A stretch of 32,000 nucleotides of DNA from Puniceicoccales bacterium (GCA_031283585.1 JAITBP010000005.1:47710-79709), one strand, 5' to 3'. Shown: positions 18,409 through 28,261, numbered from the stretch's first letter. The notes: a model not told the origin generated them from the letters alone. A program made the numbers and translations.

Positions 18409-19542
18409 ATGAAGCTAGCTGGGCTGACAAATACGCAATTGCTAATGATACTGAGTTCATTGCCAACCATCGGCAGCATCACCTTCTTCAAGCTATATAA
18501 TAATTTCAAAAAAAATCTTCACCAAATATTCTCGGCAACCAAAGAAGAACTCATGGAGATCGGACTTGTATCCGAAGCCATTGCTAATAAAATACTAAAC
18601 TGGGAGAAATTTTTCGACCTAGGTAAAACTGAAACAAAATTGGCCAAAATTCGAGGGGATTTTATTGGCTATTGTGACAATGAAAATTATCCAAAATCAC
18701 TAAAAAATATCCACGATCCACCCATTGGGCTGTATTCCATCGGCAACGGATCTTTGCTAAACTCCCGATGTATAGCTATCGTAGGTACAAGAAAACCAAC
18801 GCTTTACGGCATTAAGGTAGCCACAGAATTTGCGATAAACCTGGCAAATCTGGGGTTTTGTATAGTCAGTGGCCTGGCCCAGGGAATAGACAGTTCGGCC
18901 CACGAAGGAGCCATCGCAGCCGGTGGCAAAACCATCGCTGTTCTCGGTTGTGGCATCGACATCATTTACCCATCCGAAAATCGCCGCCTATACAAAAAAA
19001 TCGCTGAACAGGGTTGTATTATTTCGGAATTTCCTCTGGAAAAAAGGGCTGACAAGCAAACTTTTCCCATACGAAATAGGCTTATTTCAGGGCTTTGCGA
19101 CAACGTCATCATCATTGAAACCGCAAAACATGGCGGCAGCATGATAACGGCAAACATCGCCTGCGAACAGGGAAAAAACGTATTTGTTATACCTGGCAGA
19201 ATAGATCAAACCTCCAGCGAAGGCTGCCACGAATTGATCAGAAATGGAGCAACCCTTGTGACCTCGGTGGATGATATATTGGAGGAAATAAATTTTCCAA
19301 TGCAACAGGCTCTCGTTTTTGATGATCAAAAGGAGGAACCAAAAATCTCCGATCCTGTTGAAAGACAAGTCCTTAATTTTCTAAAATCCTGTGACAATGC
19401 TACCATAGATGACATAATGATCAATAGCCAGCTGACTCTCGGGCCGATTCTAAAATCCATACAACTGCTTGAAATAAAACAACTCATAACAAAAAATTTC
19501 GATGGATCATTCCAGGCAAATTTTATGCACATGCACAAGTAG
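18409..19542 (+). CDS. dprA: DNA processing protein DprA (Smf)
   Basis: Rossmann-like core GTRKPTLYG ... GLAQGIDSSAHEGAI ... IAVLGCGIDIIYPSEN ... FPIRNRLISGL ... GGSMITANIACEQGKNVFVIPG, plus a C-terminal winged-helix-like tail. Confidence 0.9.
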   Translation: MKLAGLTNTQLLMILSSLPTIGSITFFKLYNNFKKNLHQIFSATKEELMEIGLVSEAIANKILNWEKFFDLGKTETKLAKIRGDFIGYCDNENYPKSLKNIHDPPIGLYSIGNGSLLNSRCIAIVGTRKPTLYGIKVATEFAINLANLGFCIVSGLAQGIDSSAHEGAIAAGGKTIAVLGCGIDIIYPSENRRLYKKIAEQGCIISEFPLEKRADKQTFPIRNRLISGLCDNVIIIETAKHGGSMITANIACEQGKNVFVIPGRIDQTSSEGCHELIRNGATLVTSVDDILEEINFPMQQALVFDDQKEEPKISDPVERQVLNFLKSCDNATIDDIMINSQLTLGPILKSIQLLEIKQLITKNFDGSFQANFMHMHK

Positions 19543-19544
19543 TA

Positions 19545-20390
19545 TTGCTTTTGGGCCATAAATCAACAAAAGATATCCGGTTTGTGGCCCTGGAGAGCAA
19601 AAATAATCCAAAGATAAAATTTCTCGACAAGTTGAAAAAGAAATCCTGTCGAGAGCGATATAAAACCTATTTGATCGAAGGCCATCGAGAACTGATGCGA
19701 GCCTTCCAAGCCAACCTGGTAACCGAGGTGTATTTCTGCCAAAAGTTGTTCACTGACAACACATTTCATGGATCATTAGAAAAATTATCCTCGGCGAATA
19801 TTCCGATGATCGAAGTCGGTGAACAGGCCTATCAAAAAATATCTATCAGAGAAAATGGCGATGGCCTGATCGGACTGGGCAAGCCATTCGTAAAACCATT
19901 GGACCATATTCGACAAGAGGAGCCCGGCAATCCATTAATAATTGCCGCTGAGAGTCTAGAAAAACCAAGCAATTTGGGTGCGATAATTCGAACGGCCGAA
20001 TCTGCCGGAGCAACCGCACTGGCCGTGCTGGATGCGTCAACTGACCCCTATAACCCAAACACAATAAGATCTTCCCAGGGCGCAATATTCTCAATTCCGA
20101 TAATAGGTTGCAGCTCAATAGCTTTCGATGAATTTTGCCATAGCAATGGTCTGAAAATTATCTGCACAACCCCGCACGGCAACCGGATTTATTGGGAGGA
20201 AAATTTGACAAATAGCCTGGCAATTATCGTCGGCAGCGAAGCTAGGGGCCTTTCGGATTTCTGGCTTAGGAACACGAATTCTATCTCGGTTAAAATCCCC
20301 CAGCTTGGCAGTTCAGATTCCCTAAATGTATCCGTTGCAACCGCAGTGGTTACCTATGAAGCAGTTAGACAACGTAACTTAATTTTATAG
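19545..20390 (+). CDS. SpoU/TrmH family RNA 2'-O-methyltransferase (RlmB/TrmH-like)
   Basis: N-terminal substrate-binding-like region (NPKIKFLDKLKKK...YLIEGHRE). SPOUT motifs PSNLGAIIRTAESAGA, IVGSEARGLS and IPQLGSSDSLNVSVATAV. Apparent TTG start at 19545. Confidence 0.85.
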   Translation: MLLGHKSTKDIRFVALESKNNPKIKFLDKLKKKSCRERYKTYLIEGHRELMRAFQANLVTEVYFCQKLFTDNTFHGSLEKLSSANIPMIEVGEQAYQKISIRENGDGLIGLGKPFVKPLDHIRQEEPGNPLIIAAESLEKPSNLGAIIRTAESAGATALAVLDASTDPYNPNTIRSSQGAIFSIPIIGCSSIAFDEFCHSNGLKIICTTPHGNRIYWEENLTNSLAIIVGSEARGLSDFWLRNTNSISVKIPQLGSSDSLNVSVATAVVTYEAVRQRNLIL

Positions 20391-20404
20391 CTCGAAAAAA
20401 ATCG

Positions 20405-20710
20405 TTACTTTTTTTCCCTGCTGGCCTTGTCCGTCAACTGTCTATCCAATTTTTGCACAAGCAGATCTATGGATTTATACAAATCATCGCTGGAGGCCAC
20501 GGCTATGATGTCCGGGCCGTGGATTTCCACATGACCTTTTGCCACAAATTCATTACTAGGATCCTTGCTCTGTTCATGTTGCAACTCAACCCTTATGCGC
20601 ACAATCCCTTCGCCATGCCGAAATAATTTTTCAGCTTTTTCGTGAACTTTTTGCTTAAGTGCTTCTGTAAGTGTTAGATGCACACCAGATACGATTATAT
20701 CTTTTTCCAT
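20405..20710 (-). CDS. hpf: ribosome hibernation promoting factor / RaiA family (short form)
   Basis: 101 aa. IIVSGVHLTLTEALKQKVHEKAEKLFRH ... GHVEIHGPDIIAVASSDDLYKSIDLLVQKLDRQL is typical of the S30AE/sigma-54 modulation protein family. Confidence 0.85.
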   Translation of the reverse strand: MEKDIIVSGVHLTLTEALKQKVHEKAEKLFRHGEGIVRIRVELQHEQSKDPSNEFVAKGHVEIHGPDIIAVASSDDLYKSIDLLVQKLDRQLTDKASREKK

Positions 20711-20836
20711 ATTTTCCTCCTAATTATCTGGACCACTTTAAATTGCTGGACTTTATTTGCAATCATGAAAGAATATATTTCAACGGTTAGTAATAGGTTA
20801 CAAAATTCATAATTAACACATCATCAATTAGTTATT

Positions 20837-21628
20837 ATGCACGATACCGATGCGAAGTTACTGGACATACGCAATTTGACTGTCCGATTTAAAAACCCAG
20901 AAGTCCTGGCGATAAACAATATTTCGTTCCACGTAAAACCGCGCGAAACCTTTGCAATTATCGGGGAAAGCGGCAGTGGGAAAACTTCCGTGGCTTTAAG
21001 TATAGCAAATTTGTTCAACAAAAAAATAGCGAGCCTGTCGGGAAACATCCTGTTCGACGGCGTAGATCTATTGTCGATTCCAGAAAAAAATATGGCATCC
21101 TACCGAGGGCACAAAATAGCCTACATCTTTCAGGAGCCAGGCCTTGCACTAAATCCTTCACTCACAATAGGATATCAAATCCGCGAATCGATGAAACAAA
21201 AGTCCAAACATGCGGTCATGGAACTCATGGATGATGTGGGATTAACAAATAAGCGATTTTATTATGCTTATCCGCATGAACTTAGCGGTGGCATGCAACA
21301 GAGGGCGATGATTGCCATAGCCATAGCCAGCCACCCAAAATTATTGATAGCGGACGAACCCACCACTTCGTTGGACGTAACAATCCAAAAACAAATCATA
21401 ACTCTACTAAAAAACATTAAAAAAGAACGTGAACTTGCGATACTGCTGATAACTCATAACTTCGGCATAATCAATGGCTTCGCTGACAGAGCCATGGTAA
21501 TGTTCAACGGGGAAATCGCAGAAATAAACAGTACCGGAAATATATTCAAAAATTCTAAAAGCCCATACACTACCAAACTTTTGAATTGCGTTCCAGAACT
21601 CGGTAACCCAGGCAAATTGGACCTGTGA
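20837..21628 (+). CDS. ABC transporter ATP-binding protein, OppD/DppD-like
   Basis: Walker A GESGSGKTS, signature LSGGMQQR, Walker B LLIADEPTTSLD, H-loop LLITHN. 263 aa. No permease or binding protein gene adjacent. Confidence 0.88.
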   Translation: MHDTDAKLLDIRNLTVRFKNPEVLAINNISFHVKPRETFAIIGESGSGKTSVALSIANLFNKKIASLSGNILFDGVDLLSIPEKNMASYRGHKIAYIFQEPGLALNPSLTIGYQIRESMKQKSKHAVMELMDDVGLTNKRFYYAYPHELSGGMQQRAMIAIAIASHPKLLIADEPTTSLDVTIQKQIITLLKNIKKERELAILLITHNFGIINGFADRAMVMFNGEIAEINSTGNIFKNSKSPYTTKLLNCVPELGNPGKLDL

Positions 21629-21658
21629 CTAAGAGCCTGATGTTAAAATACTTACCGC

Positions 21659-22384
21659 CTAGGAACGTTGGGACACTTTTTCGCTTTTTTCGATGGGCGT
21701 TAGACTTTTTACTTTCTTTTGACCAAAAATATCGAAAATTATGCCCATTAGCGACGAACTCAGATACTTGAAAAACACAACGGCGGTCATGAATATTATG
21801 CTTGCATCCAACCACAAGTTCTTCTCCTTCAAGTACTCAAGGTTGTATTTCATTTTTTTCGGGAAAACAAAACGCAGGTAAGCATCGGCCCTATCCTCGG
21901 CATTATTCAACACATTGGCTTCGTACTCAAGGATTTTCAGCGTCGCATAGCCGGTTATTCCGGGCTTAAATTTCAAAATTTTCCTGTATTCAACATCGTT
22001 ATTTATGACATCAAAAAAGTCCATCGTCAACGGTCGATGGCCAATAAATCCCATGTCGCCCTTGATAACGTTAAAAATCTGGGGAAGCTCATCTAGCCGA
22101 GTCTTTCTCAAAAATTTACCAAATTTCGTGACTAATTTTTCGTTAAATGAATTCAGAGCAATATCGTCATCTTTGGTATCGGCAATGGTTCTGCGCATCG
22201 TCCTGAACTTTATTATTCTGAACGGCTTACCATTTTTGCCAATCCTTTCCTGGGTAAAAAAAATGCCAACTTTTTTGATCTCAAATCTAGACAAAATGGC
22301 AATTATGAACATGATTGGCAGGAGAATGAGCGCAATGACCAGGGCACAGCTAAGCTCTAGGAATCTTCCAATCTTCACATCCAT
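21659..22384 (-). CDS. small monotopic phosphoglycosyl transferase (bacterial sugar transferase family)
   Basis: N-terminal re-entrant helix LSCALVIALILLPIMFIIAIL, FTQERIGKNGKPFRIIKFRTM, and RLDELPQIFNVIKGDMGFIGHRP. Confidence 0.85.
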   Translation of the reverse strand: MDVKIGRFLELSCALVIALILLPIMFIIAILSRFEIKKVGIFFTQERIGKNGKPFRIIKFRTMRRTIADTKDDDIALNSFNEKLVTKFGKFLRKTRLDELPQIFNVIKGDMGFIGHRPLTMDFFDVINNDVEYRKILKFKPGITGYATLKILEYEANVLNNAEDRADAYLRFVFPKKMKYNLEYLKEKNLWLDASIIFMTAVVFFKYLSSSLMGIIFDIFGQKKVKSLTPIEKSEKVSQRS

Positions 22385-22444
22385 GTTCGAAGGTTATCAA
22401 AAATCTCCAAACTTGCAATACTCAATTTACTAATTTAAAACATG

Positions 22445-24805
22445 TTACAAACCATCCTGGCTATCTTCCGCCGAGGAAACAAGCCCTTTTTCCCTCAAAG
22501 TATCCATGATTCTTGCGGCCCGGTTGTAGCCTATCTTCAACTTTCTCTGCAAAAACGAAGTTGAGGCCCTGTCATTGGAGCGGATGATTTCCAAAGCCTT
22601 AGGAATCATGTCATCATCCCAGTCTTCGGCCGACTCGCCATCCTCCACATCTCCGGTCTCTATCCGCTCCTGCACGGCTTCCTCGTACTTTGGCGCGCCA
22701 TTCGTCGTGTACAAAAACCTAACCAGGGCATTTATCTCATCGTCCGAAACCAGCGCGCCCTGGGCCCGTAGCAGTCCGCCAGAACCAGGTGGTAAAAATA
22801 ACATATCTCCTTGGCCAAGAAGTGATTCCGCTCCACCAATATCAAGAATTGTACGGCTGTCGACTTTGGAAGCTACCTTGAAAGCGATCCGACTTGGAAG
22901 ATTCGCCTTGATTATTCCGGTGATCACATTCACCGAAGGTCGTTGAGTTGCAAGGATTAGATGAATACCGGCCGCCCTCGCCAACTGAGCCAATCGGGCA
23001 ATGCAGGTCTCTATATCTCCCGGCGCCACCATCATCAAATCGGCCAACTCATCTATTATGCAAACAATGTAAGGCATCTTTTTAGCTACCAGATTATGTG
23101 ACTCATCTCCTTCTGCAATAGGCACTTTTGATTGCGAATCAACAACCTTCGCATTGAAGCTGGCTATGTTTCGCACCCCAACCTTCGCAAATATCTGATA
23201 GCGATCCTCCATCTCTGCAATCAACCACTTCAAAGCGTTGGGCACTTTTTTTGGATCGGTGACCACCGGAATCAGCATATGCGGTAGATCATTAAATGTC
23301 TGCATCTCAACGATTTTTGGATCAACCATTATAAATCTTAGGGCATCCGGCGACGCATGAAACAGCAGCGAAGCAATGATTGCATTTATGCAAACCGTTT
23401 TGCCAGAACCAGTTGCTCCAGCAATCAACAGATGCGGCATCCTGGCCAAATCGGCTATTATCGGCTCACCGGTAACGCCACGGCCAAGAACAATCGGGAT
23501 ATCTGCCCGCATTCCGGCCCAGGCTCTAGATTCCAGGATTTCCCGAAGCCTAACAGTAACCGGTTCTTTATTAGGTAGTTCTACACCTACACAACCTTTC
23601 CCAGGCACCGGCGCGATGATTCTTACGGACTTCGCCGCCAGGCCAAGGGCAATATTTTTATCCAACCCTACGATTTTCTCAACCCGGACGCCTGGCTCGG
23701 GCAAAATCTCATATCTAGTTATGACCGGCCCCCTGTGTATCTCGCTCGGCTTCACAGAAACACCAAACTCGGCAAGAGTGCTAACAAGCTTAATTGCAAC
23801 AGATTCATGATCCTCGCCGGACACCAGATTTAAACTCCCGCGCTCCAACAATTCGGTGCTCGGAAACACATGATCACCGATTTTACAAGAAGCTCTAACG
23901 AGGACCGGCTCGACGGAACTCACATCAGCCGAAGAACTTGCATAACCGACCGGTTGATCCACTGGCAGCTCAATCCCAGAGCTCGATACCAAATTCCCGG
24001 TCCTAGTAACCTTATCTCGACTTGCTTTGCCCACGAAAACCACCATTTTCCCGGCCAGTCTAGTCAGACCAAATAATCCGCTGACAAATCTGCAACATGC
24101 ACGTAGTGAACTAGATACAACACGCAACCATCGGATGCCTAGCCTTCTAATGGCCATCATCAACCGAAGGCTTTTTTTTTCAGATCCGGACACAGGTTCG
24201 GTTTTCCTGAAAATCAGCCATCCATCTACTAAAAATACCGCCAACAGCAGTATAAATCCACCCAATGGGCCAAATAGCGGGTCCAAAAATTGATTAAGTA
24301 TTTTCAGGCCAAATATTCCACCAAGGCCAGCAGAAAATTTGTTCTCAAAAAAACCAGTAAATACTTTGTCCTCAAGAAGATATTTGTGAAAAACCGAAAG
24401 CAATCCAGCCAGAGATAAAATCATGCAAAGTGAATGAAGCCAAAGCCACCTCGAAAATGGTCGAGCTAATTTGAATGCAACCACGAAGGAAAACCATATC
24501 AAAAGCCCGGAAACCAGCAGGCTCGCCAACCCAATAAATCTGACAATCCAAAACGAAAACAAAGGCCCTAGCCTCCAAACCATATTTCTATGTGGCTGAA
24601 CATCAAGAGCTTTTGTACTAATCAACCAGCTTTGATCCGGATCAAAATCCAATAGCCAGATCAGCGTCAACAATCCGAGGACAAAAAGAAAAGTCCCGCC
24701 AACAATATCTTTGACTCGACTACATTTTTTTTGTGGCTGGCTCATGACTCTTATCCGGTTAATAGCAAACAATATATAGTAGAGTATAAATTTCAAACAA
24801 ATCAA
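22445..24805 (-). CDS. ftsK: DNA translocase FtsK
   Basis: N-terminal TM segments, a linker, a motor domain with Walker A GATGSGKTV, and a gamma domain SFLQRKLKIGYNRAARIMDTLREKGLV. The likely true start is the Met at 24745 (MSQPQKK...). Confidence 0.92.
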   Translation of the reverse strand: MICLKFILYYILFAINRIRVMSQPQKKCSRVKDIVGGTFLFVLGLLTLIWLLDFDPDQSWLISTKALDVQPHRNMVWRLGPLFSFWIVRFIGLASLLVSGLLIWFSFVVAFKLARPFSRWLWLHSLCMILSLAGLLSVFHKYLLEDKVFTGFFENKFSAGLGGIFGLKILNQFLDPLFGPLGGFILLLAVFLVDGWLIFRKTEPVSGSEKKSLRLMMAIRRLGIRWLRVVSSSLRACCRFVSGLFGLTRLAGKMVVFVGKASRDKVTRTGNLVSSSGIELPVDQPVGYASSSADVSSVEPVLVRASCKIGDHVFPSTELLERGSLNLVSGEDHESVAIKLVSTLAEFGVSVKPSEIHRGPVITRYEILPEPGVRVEKIVGLDKNIALGLAAKSVRIIAPVPGKGCVGVELPNKEPVTVRLREILESRAWAGMRADIPIVLGRGVTGEPIIADLARMPHLLIAGATGSGKTVCINAIIASLLFHASPDALRFIMVDPKIVEMQTFNDLPHMLIPVVTDPKKVPNALKWLIAEMEDRYQIFAKVGVRNIASFNAKVVDSQSKVPIAEGDESHNLVAKKMPYIVCIIDELADLMMVAPGDIETCIARLAQLARAAGIHLILATQRPSVNVITGIIKANLPSRIAFKVASKVDSRTILDIGGAESLLGQGDMLFLPPGSGGLLRAQGALVSDDEINALVRFLYTTNGAPKYEEAVQERIETGDVEDGESAEDWDDDMIPKALEIIRSNDRASTSFLQRKLKIGYNRAARIMDTLREKGLVSSAEDSQDGL

Positions 24806-24865
24806 CCACTATAACCCACACATTTTTCTTGATAGGCTATTCCAAATTAATTCTCTAACAGCCAA

Positions 24866-24942
24866 GGGGGATTAGCTCAGTTGGTTAGAGCGTTTGCATG
24901 ACACGCAAGAGGTCACTGGTTCGAGCCCAGTATCTCCCACCA
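24866..24942 (+). tRNA. tRNA-Val (anticodon GAC)
   Basis: 77-nt cloverleaf: GGGGGAT/ATCTCCC acceptor, D-arm GCTC-AGTTGGTTA-GAGC, anticodon loop ATGACAC, T-arm ACTGG-TTCGAGC-CCAGT, encoded CCA. Confidence 0.9.
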
Positions 24943-24974
24943 GGTGGCACAATAACGTCCGAACTATCAACAAC

Positions 24975-26753
24975 TTACTCGTTCGCCGAAGCCATTCCTT
25001 CCCACAGAGCCTGAACCGGCACCTGCAGATTAAGCAACTTCTCCGCCTTAACATCGTTGTCATGATCACCAAAAATCCTTCTAATATCGAAGAAACTAAC
25101 ATAAACCATGAGAAGCATGAGCAGGACCATGAATAGAAATTGAACGGCTGTCGTAAGCCGGCCTGACAGATTTTTTCCCATTATTTTCTCTGCCACTGCC
25201 ATCATAATATGGCCACCATCCAAAAACGGAATCGGCAAAATATTCAATACGGCCAGATTGACATTTAGGGTGATTATAAACAGTAAAAACAATCTGAAGT
25301 CACACAACGCAAACATGTTAAGCGTCTTCACTATGCCAGGTAAGCCCATCAGATTTTTTAGCGCCACATTGGATTTTCTTGAGATCAAACTATTGAGAGT
25401 TATCAGCGTGTTCCTGACACTATCTAACAACTGGGATACGGGATTACAGTGAACCATCCTAGTTCCCTCGGAAAAAAGAACGCCGATGCTATTAACTCTC
25501 TCTGGCTGTACAAGTTCTAAATTCTTTATATTTCCATAGCTGACTTCCCGAACTAGGCCTTTCTTCGTCATAAATCTCAACTGTGGACTCTTTGTGTTCT
25601 TCAGGATAAACACCAAATCCGCCATGGTTTCTATCTCTTTTGAATTCACAGCCATAAGCCTACTGCCAGGAGTAATATCCCTGTATGTATTGCTTAGGTG
25701 CTTATATTCCAATAACTTACAAATCACCTTGTCATCAAACAAGTTGGAAAGTTTTGTTCCCTCGGCATAGTCTGGATAGATCTCCATAAAACAATCATCA
25801 AACTGCAGCTTGACATAGGGCTTCTTTACTGGTATGGTCATAGGGTCTAGTCTGAGGGACTTCGATTCATTGCCGGACTGAACCAGCAGCGAATGAGGCT
25901 TATTGGTTGACTGAAGAATATGGTTCAGCTGGGAAAGGGAAAAAATGTCCTGATCATCGATTTTCAAAAGGATATCGCCATTTTGTAACCCAGCTTTTTC
26001 TCCGGGCGAATTTTTAAATACCTCATGGACAATTAGCTTCTGAGCCATCTCCACACCTATCGTACGCATATAATCACCGGCAGCTTCATTTTTCATCACA
26101 AGTTCCGGATAGACATCAACGTCAAAAACGCTACCATTCCGCTCCACCTGCAACCTGGCCAATGGCTTATCATCGAGGCTTCTATTGGTACCAAGTACGA
26201 TGTAATTCATTAGATCAAAATGTGTTCTAACCTGTTTTCCATCAATACTCAGGACCTTATCGCCTGGTAACAGTCCGGCCTTATAAGCCGGTCCTTTAAC
26301 TTTCAGGTCATCCTTAATCCAAATCTTCTCATGGACATAGCCAATCACATTTGTCATCGAACTTCCAGGCTTTTCGCAGCCAACAACCCAGATGATCGAT
26401 GCCAAAACAAATGCGAATATCATATTGAAAATAACACCCATCGATGCCGCGATTATCTTATCCATACAGGATGGTTTTTTAAACCCCTTGGGGATATCGA
26501 ACTCGCCCTCTATCTCTTTCATTTCAGCAAGTTGCGGTAAAGCCACATAACCGCCAAATGGTAACAATGATATGCGAAATTCGGTTTCGCCATGTTTCCA
26601 GGAAAATAACTTCGGCCCGAACCCGATGGAAAATCTAGGTATGTAAAATTTCCTACTTTTCGCTGCAAGGTAATGGCCAAGTTCATGGACAAATATAGAG
26701 CCACCAAAAAATATCACCACACAGATACATGACCAAATGACATCAAAGCACAT
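24975..26753 (-). CDS. rseP: site-2 protease RseP (M50 zinc metalloprotease), long form
   Basis: HELGHY at the N-terminus, PDZ-like segments (AGLLPGDKVLSIDG, AGLQNGDILLKIDD), and the C-terminal NILPIPFLDGGH motif. 592 aa. Confidence 0.88.
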   Translation of the reverse strand: MCFDVIWSCICVVIFFGGSIFVHELGHYLAAKSRKFYIPRFSIGFGPKLFSWKHGETEFRISLLPFGGYVALPQLAEMKEIEGEFDIPKGFKKPSCMDKIIAASMGVIFNMIFAFVLASIIWVVGCEKPGSSMTNVIGYVHEKIWIKDDLKVKGPAYKAGLLPGDKVLSIDGKQVRTHFDLMNYIVLGTNRSLDDKPLARLQVERNGSVFDVDVYPELVMKNEAAGDYMRTIGVEMAQKLIVHEVFKNSPGEKAGLQNGDILLKIDDQDIFSLSQLNHILQSTNKPHSLLVQSGNESKSLRLDPMTIPVKKPYVKLQFDDCFMEIYPDYAEGTKLSNLFDDKVICKLLEYKHLSNTYRDITPGSRLMAVNSKEIETMADLVFILKNTKSPQLRFMTKKGLVREVSYGNIKNLELVQPERVNSIGVLFSEGTRMVHCNPVSQLLDSVRNTLITLNSLISRKSNVALKNLMGLPGIVKTLNMFALCDFRLFLLFIITLNVNLAVLNILPIPFLDGGHIMMAVAEKIMGKNLSGRLTTAVQFLFMVLLMLLMVYVSFFDIRRIFGDHDNDVKAEKLLNLQVPVQALWEGMASANE

Positions 26754-26897
26754 AAAACAGCAGGGACTAATACTTAACTTTCATCAAAAGTCCAGAGACA
26801 ATGTTGTAATTTTAAAACAACTTTGACATAAAGAATTTGTTAATCAAAATAATCCGGCATAGACTGTGTTCAGGTATTTTAATAACCACCGATATAG

Positions 26898-28055
26898 ATG
26901 ACCTCAAATGATAGTGAATCTCCCATAATAAGATTCGTTAATCATGTTTTTGAGCATGCCATCGCAAAAAAAGCGTCGGACATTCACTTTGAAACATTCA
27001 CCGATGCGGTGGTGATAAGGCTACGCGTGGACGGCGTACTGGAAGAACTCCCTTCCCCTGATAGACATCTGGGCAACGCGATAATTTCAAGAATAAAAAC
27101 CATTGCCGGGCTGGATCTTGCGGAAAGAAGACTGCCTCAGGATGGCCATGTAGAAATAAAATATCTAAACCGAGTGGTGGACTTCCGGGTATCTACATTA
27201 CCAACCCAATATGGCGAAAGTGTCGTGCTGCGTGTACTGGACAAAGATTCGTGGCATTTTGATTTAAACCTAATGGGCATACCGGAGAATGTGTTAGCAG
27301 AAATTCGTAAAAATTTACACACGGGCTCGGGAATCATATTGACCACGGGACCCACAGGTAGCGGTAAAACAACCACACTTTACAGCGCATTGCATGAAAT
27401 AAACAACGAAGAAATAAAGATCCTCACGGCCGAAGACCCGGTGGAATACGAAATCGATGGAATTGTGCAAGTTAACATACGAGACGATATAGGTCTGTCC
27501 TTTGAAAAAACCCTCAGATCATTCCTGAGGCACGATCCGGACAAAATACTAATAGGCGAATTAAGGGACTCCATTACGGCCAAAATAGCCATACAAGCAG
27601 CACTCACAGGCCATCTGGTACTCGGAACACTGCACACAAATGATGCTCCAGCCGCCATAACAAGACTCGTCGACATGGGCATAGAACCATTTCTCATCGC
27701 CGACACAATCAGAGGAATTCTGGCCCAAAGACTACTGCGAAAAATATGTGAAAATTGTAAAGAAAAAGCACCAAGAACCAGAATTTTTGAAGAAAAATAT
27801 CCAGAACTAGCTGACTCAGAATATTATATAGGAAAAGGCTGTCCCCAGTGCAACAATACAGGTTACTCCGGCCGGTTTGGCATCTATGAATGGCTTGACA
27901 TAAATGCAGAAATCAGACAGTCAATAAGAAACCTGGTCCCGCTGGAAAATTTGCAAAAAATAGCCCTAGATCAAGGCCTTGTGCCATTGAAAACCCAGGC
28001 AATCGAAGCAGTAAAAAATGGCCAAACCACCATCCATGAACTGGATAAGGTGTAA
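26898..28055 (+). CDS. PilB/GspE-family secretion ATPase, short form without N-terminal N1 domain
   Basis: Walker A GPTGSGKTT, Asp box, Walker B ILIGELRD, His box GHLVLGTLHTNDA, and the tetracysteine motif CENCKE...CPQCNNTGYSGR, which is typical of PilB/GspE rather than PilT. 385 aa. Confidence 0.85.
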   Translation: MTSNDSESPIIRFVNHVFEHAIAKKASDIHFETFTDAVVIRLRVDGVLEELPSPDRHLGNAIISRIKTIAGLDLAERRLPQDGHVEIKYLNRVVDFRVSTLPTQYGESVVLRVLDKDSWHFDLNLMGIPENVLAEIRKNLHTGSGIILTTGPTGSGKTTTLYSALHEINNEEIKILTAEDPVEYEIDGIVQVNIRDDIGLSFEKTLRSFLRHDPDKILIGELRDSITAKIAIQAALTGHLVLGTLHTNDAPAAITRLVDMGIEPFLIADTIRGILAQRLLRKICENCKEKAPRTRIFEEKYPELADSEYYIGKGCPQCNNTGYSGRFGIYEWLDINAEIRQSIRNLVPLENLQKIALDQGLVPLKTQAIEAVKNGQTTIHELDKV

Positions 28056-28111
28056 ATAATAGCCCATTGATTACCGAGAGATCCGTACACACACCTTCAC
28101 CAATAAAAACC

Positions 28112-28188
28112 TGGCGTCCCGTATGGGATTCGAACCCATGTTGCCGGAATGAAAATCCGGTGTCCTTGACCGACTAGACGAACGGGAC
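28112..28188 (-). tRNA. tRNA-Glu (anticodon UUC)
   Basis: 77-nt cloverleaf on the minus strand: GTCCCGT/ACGGGAC acceptor, anticodon stem CCGGA/TCCGG with loop TTTTCAT, T-arm ATGGG-TTCGAAT-CCCAT, encoded CCA. Confidence 0.88.
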
Positions 28189-28231
28189 AATCACTATGTG
28201 CAAGCTACATCTATCAGATATTTTGCAAGTA

Positions 28232-28261
28232 TTTTTTAAAAAACCCTGGCCAAAATTAGGG
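28232..28261 (-). terminator. weak terminator-like hairpin overlapping the symporter stop codon
   Basis: Minus strand reads ccct-aattttggcc-aggg followed by tttttt. The stem is only 4 bp. Confidence 0.2.

Noticed and set aside
22005-23810. Plus-strand ORFs 22005..22433, 22575..22946 and 23376..23810
   Set aside because: They are antisense to the well-supported sugar transferase and ftsK genes and carry no motifs of their own.
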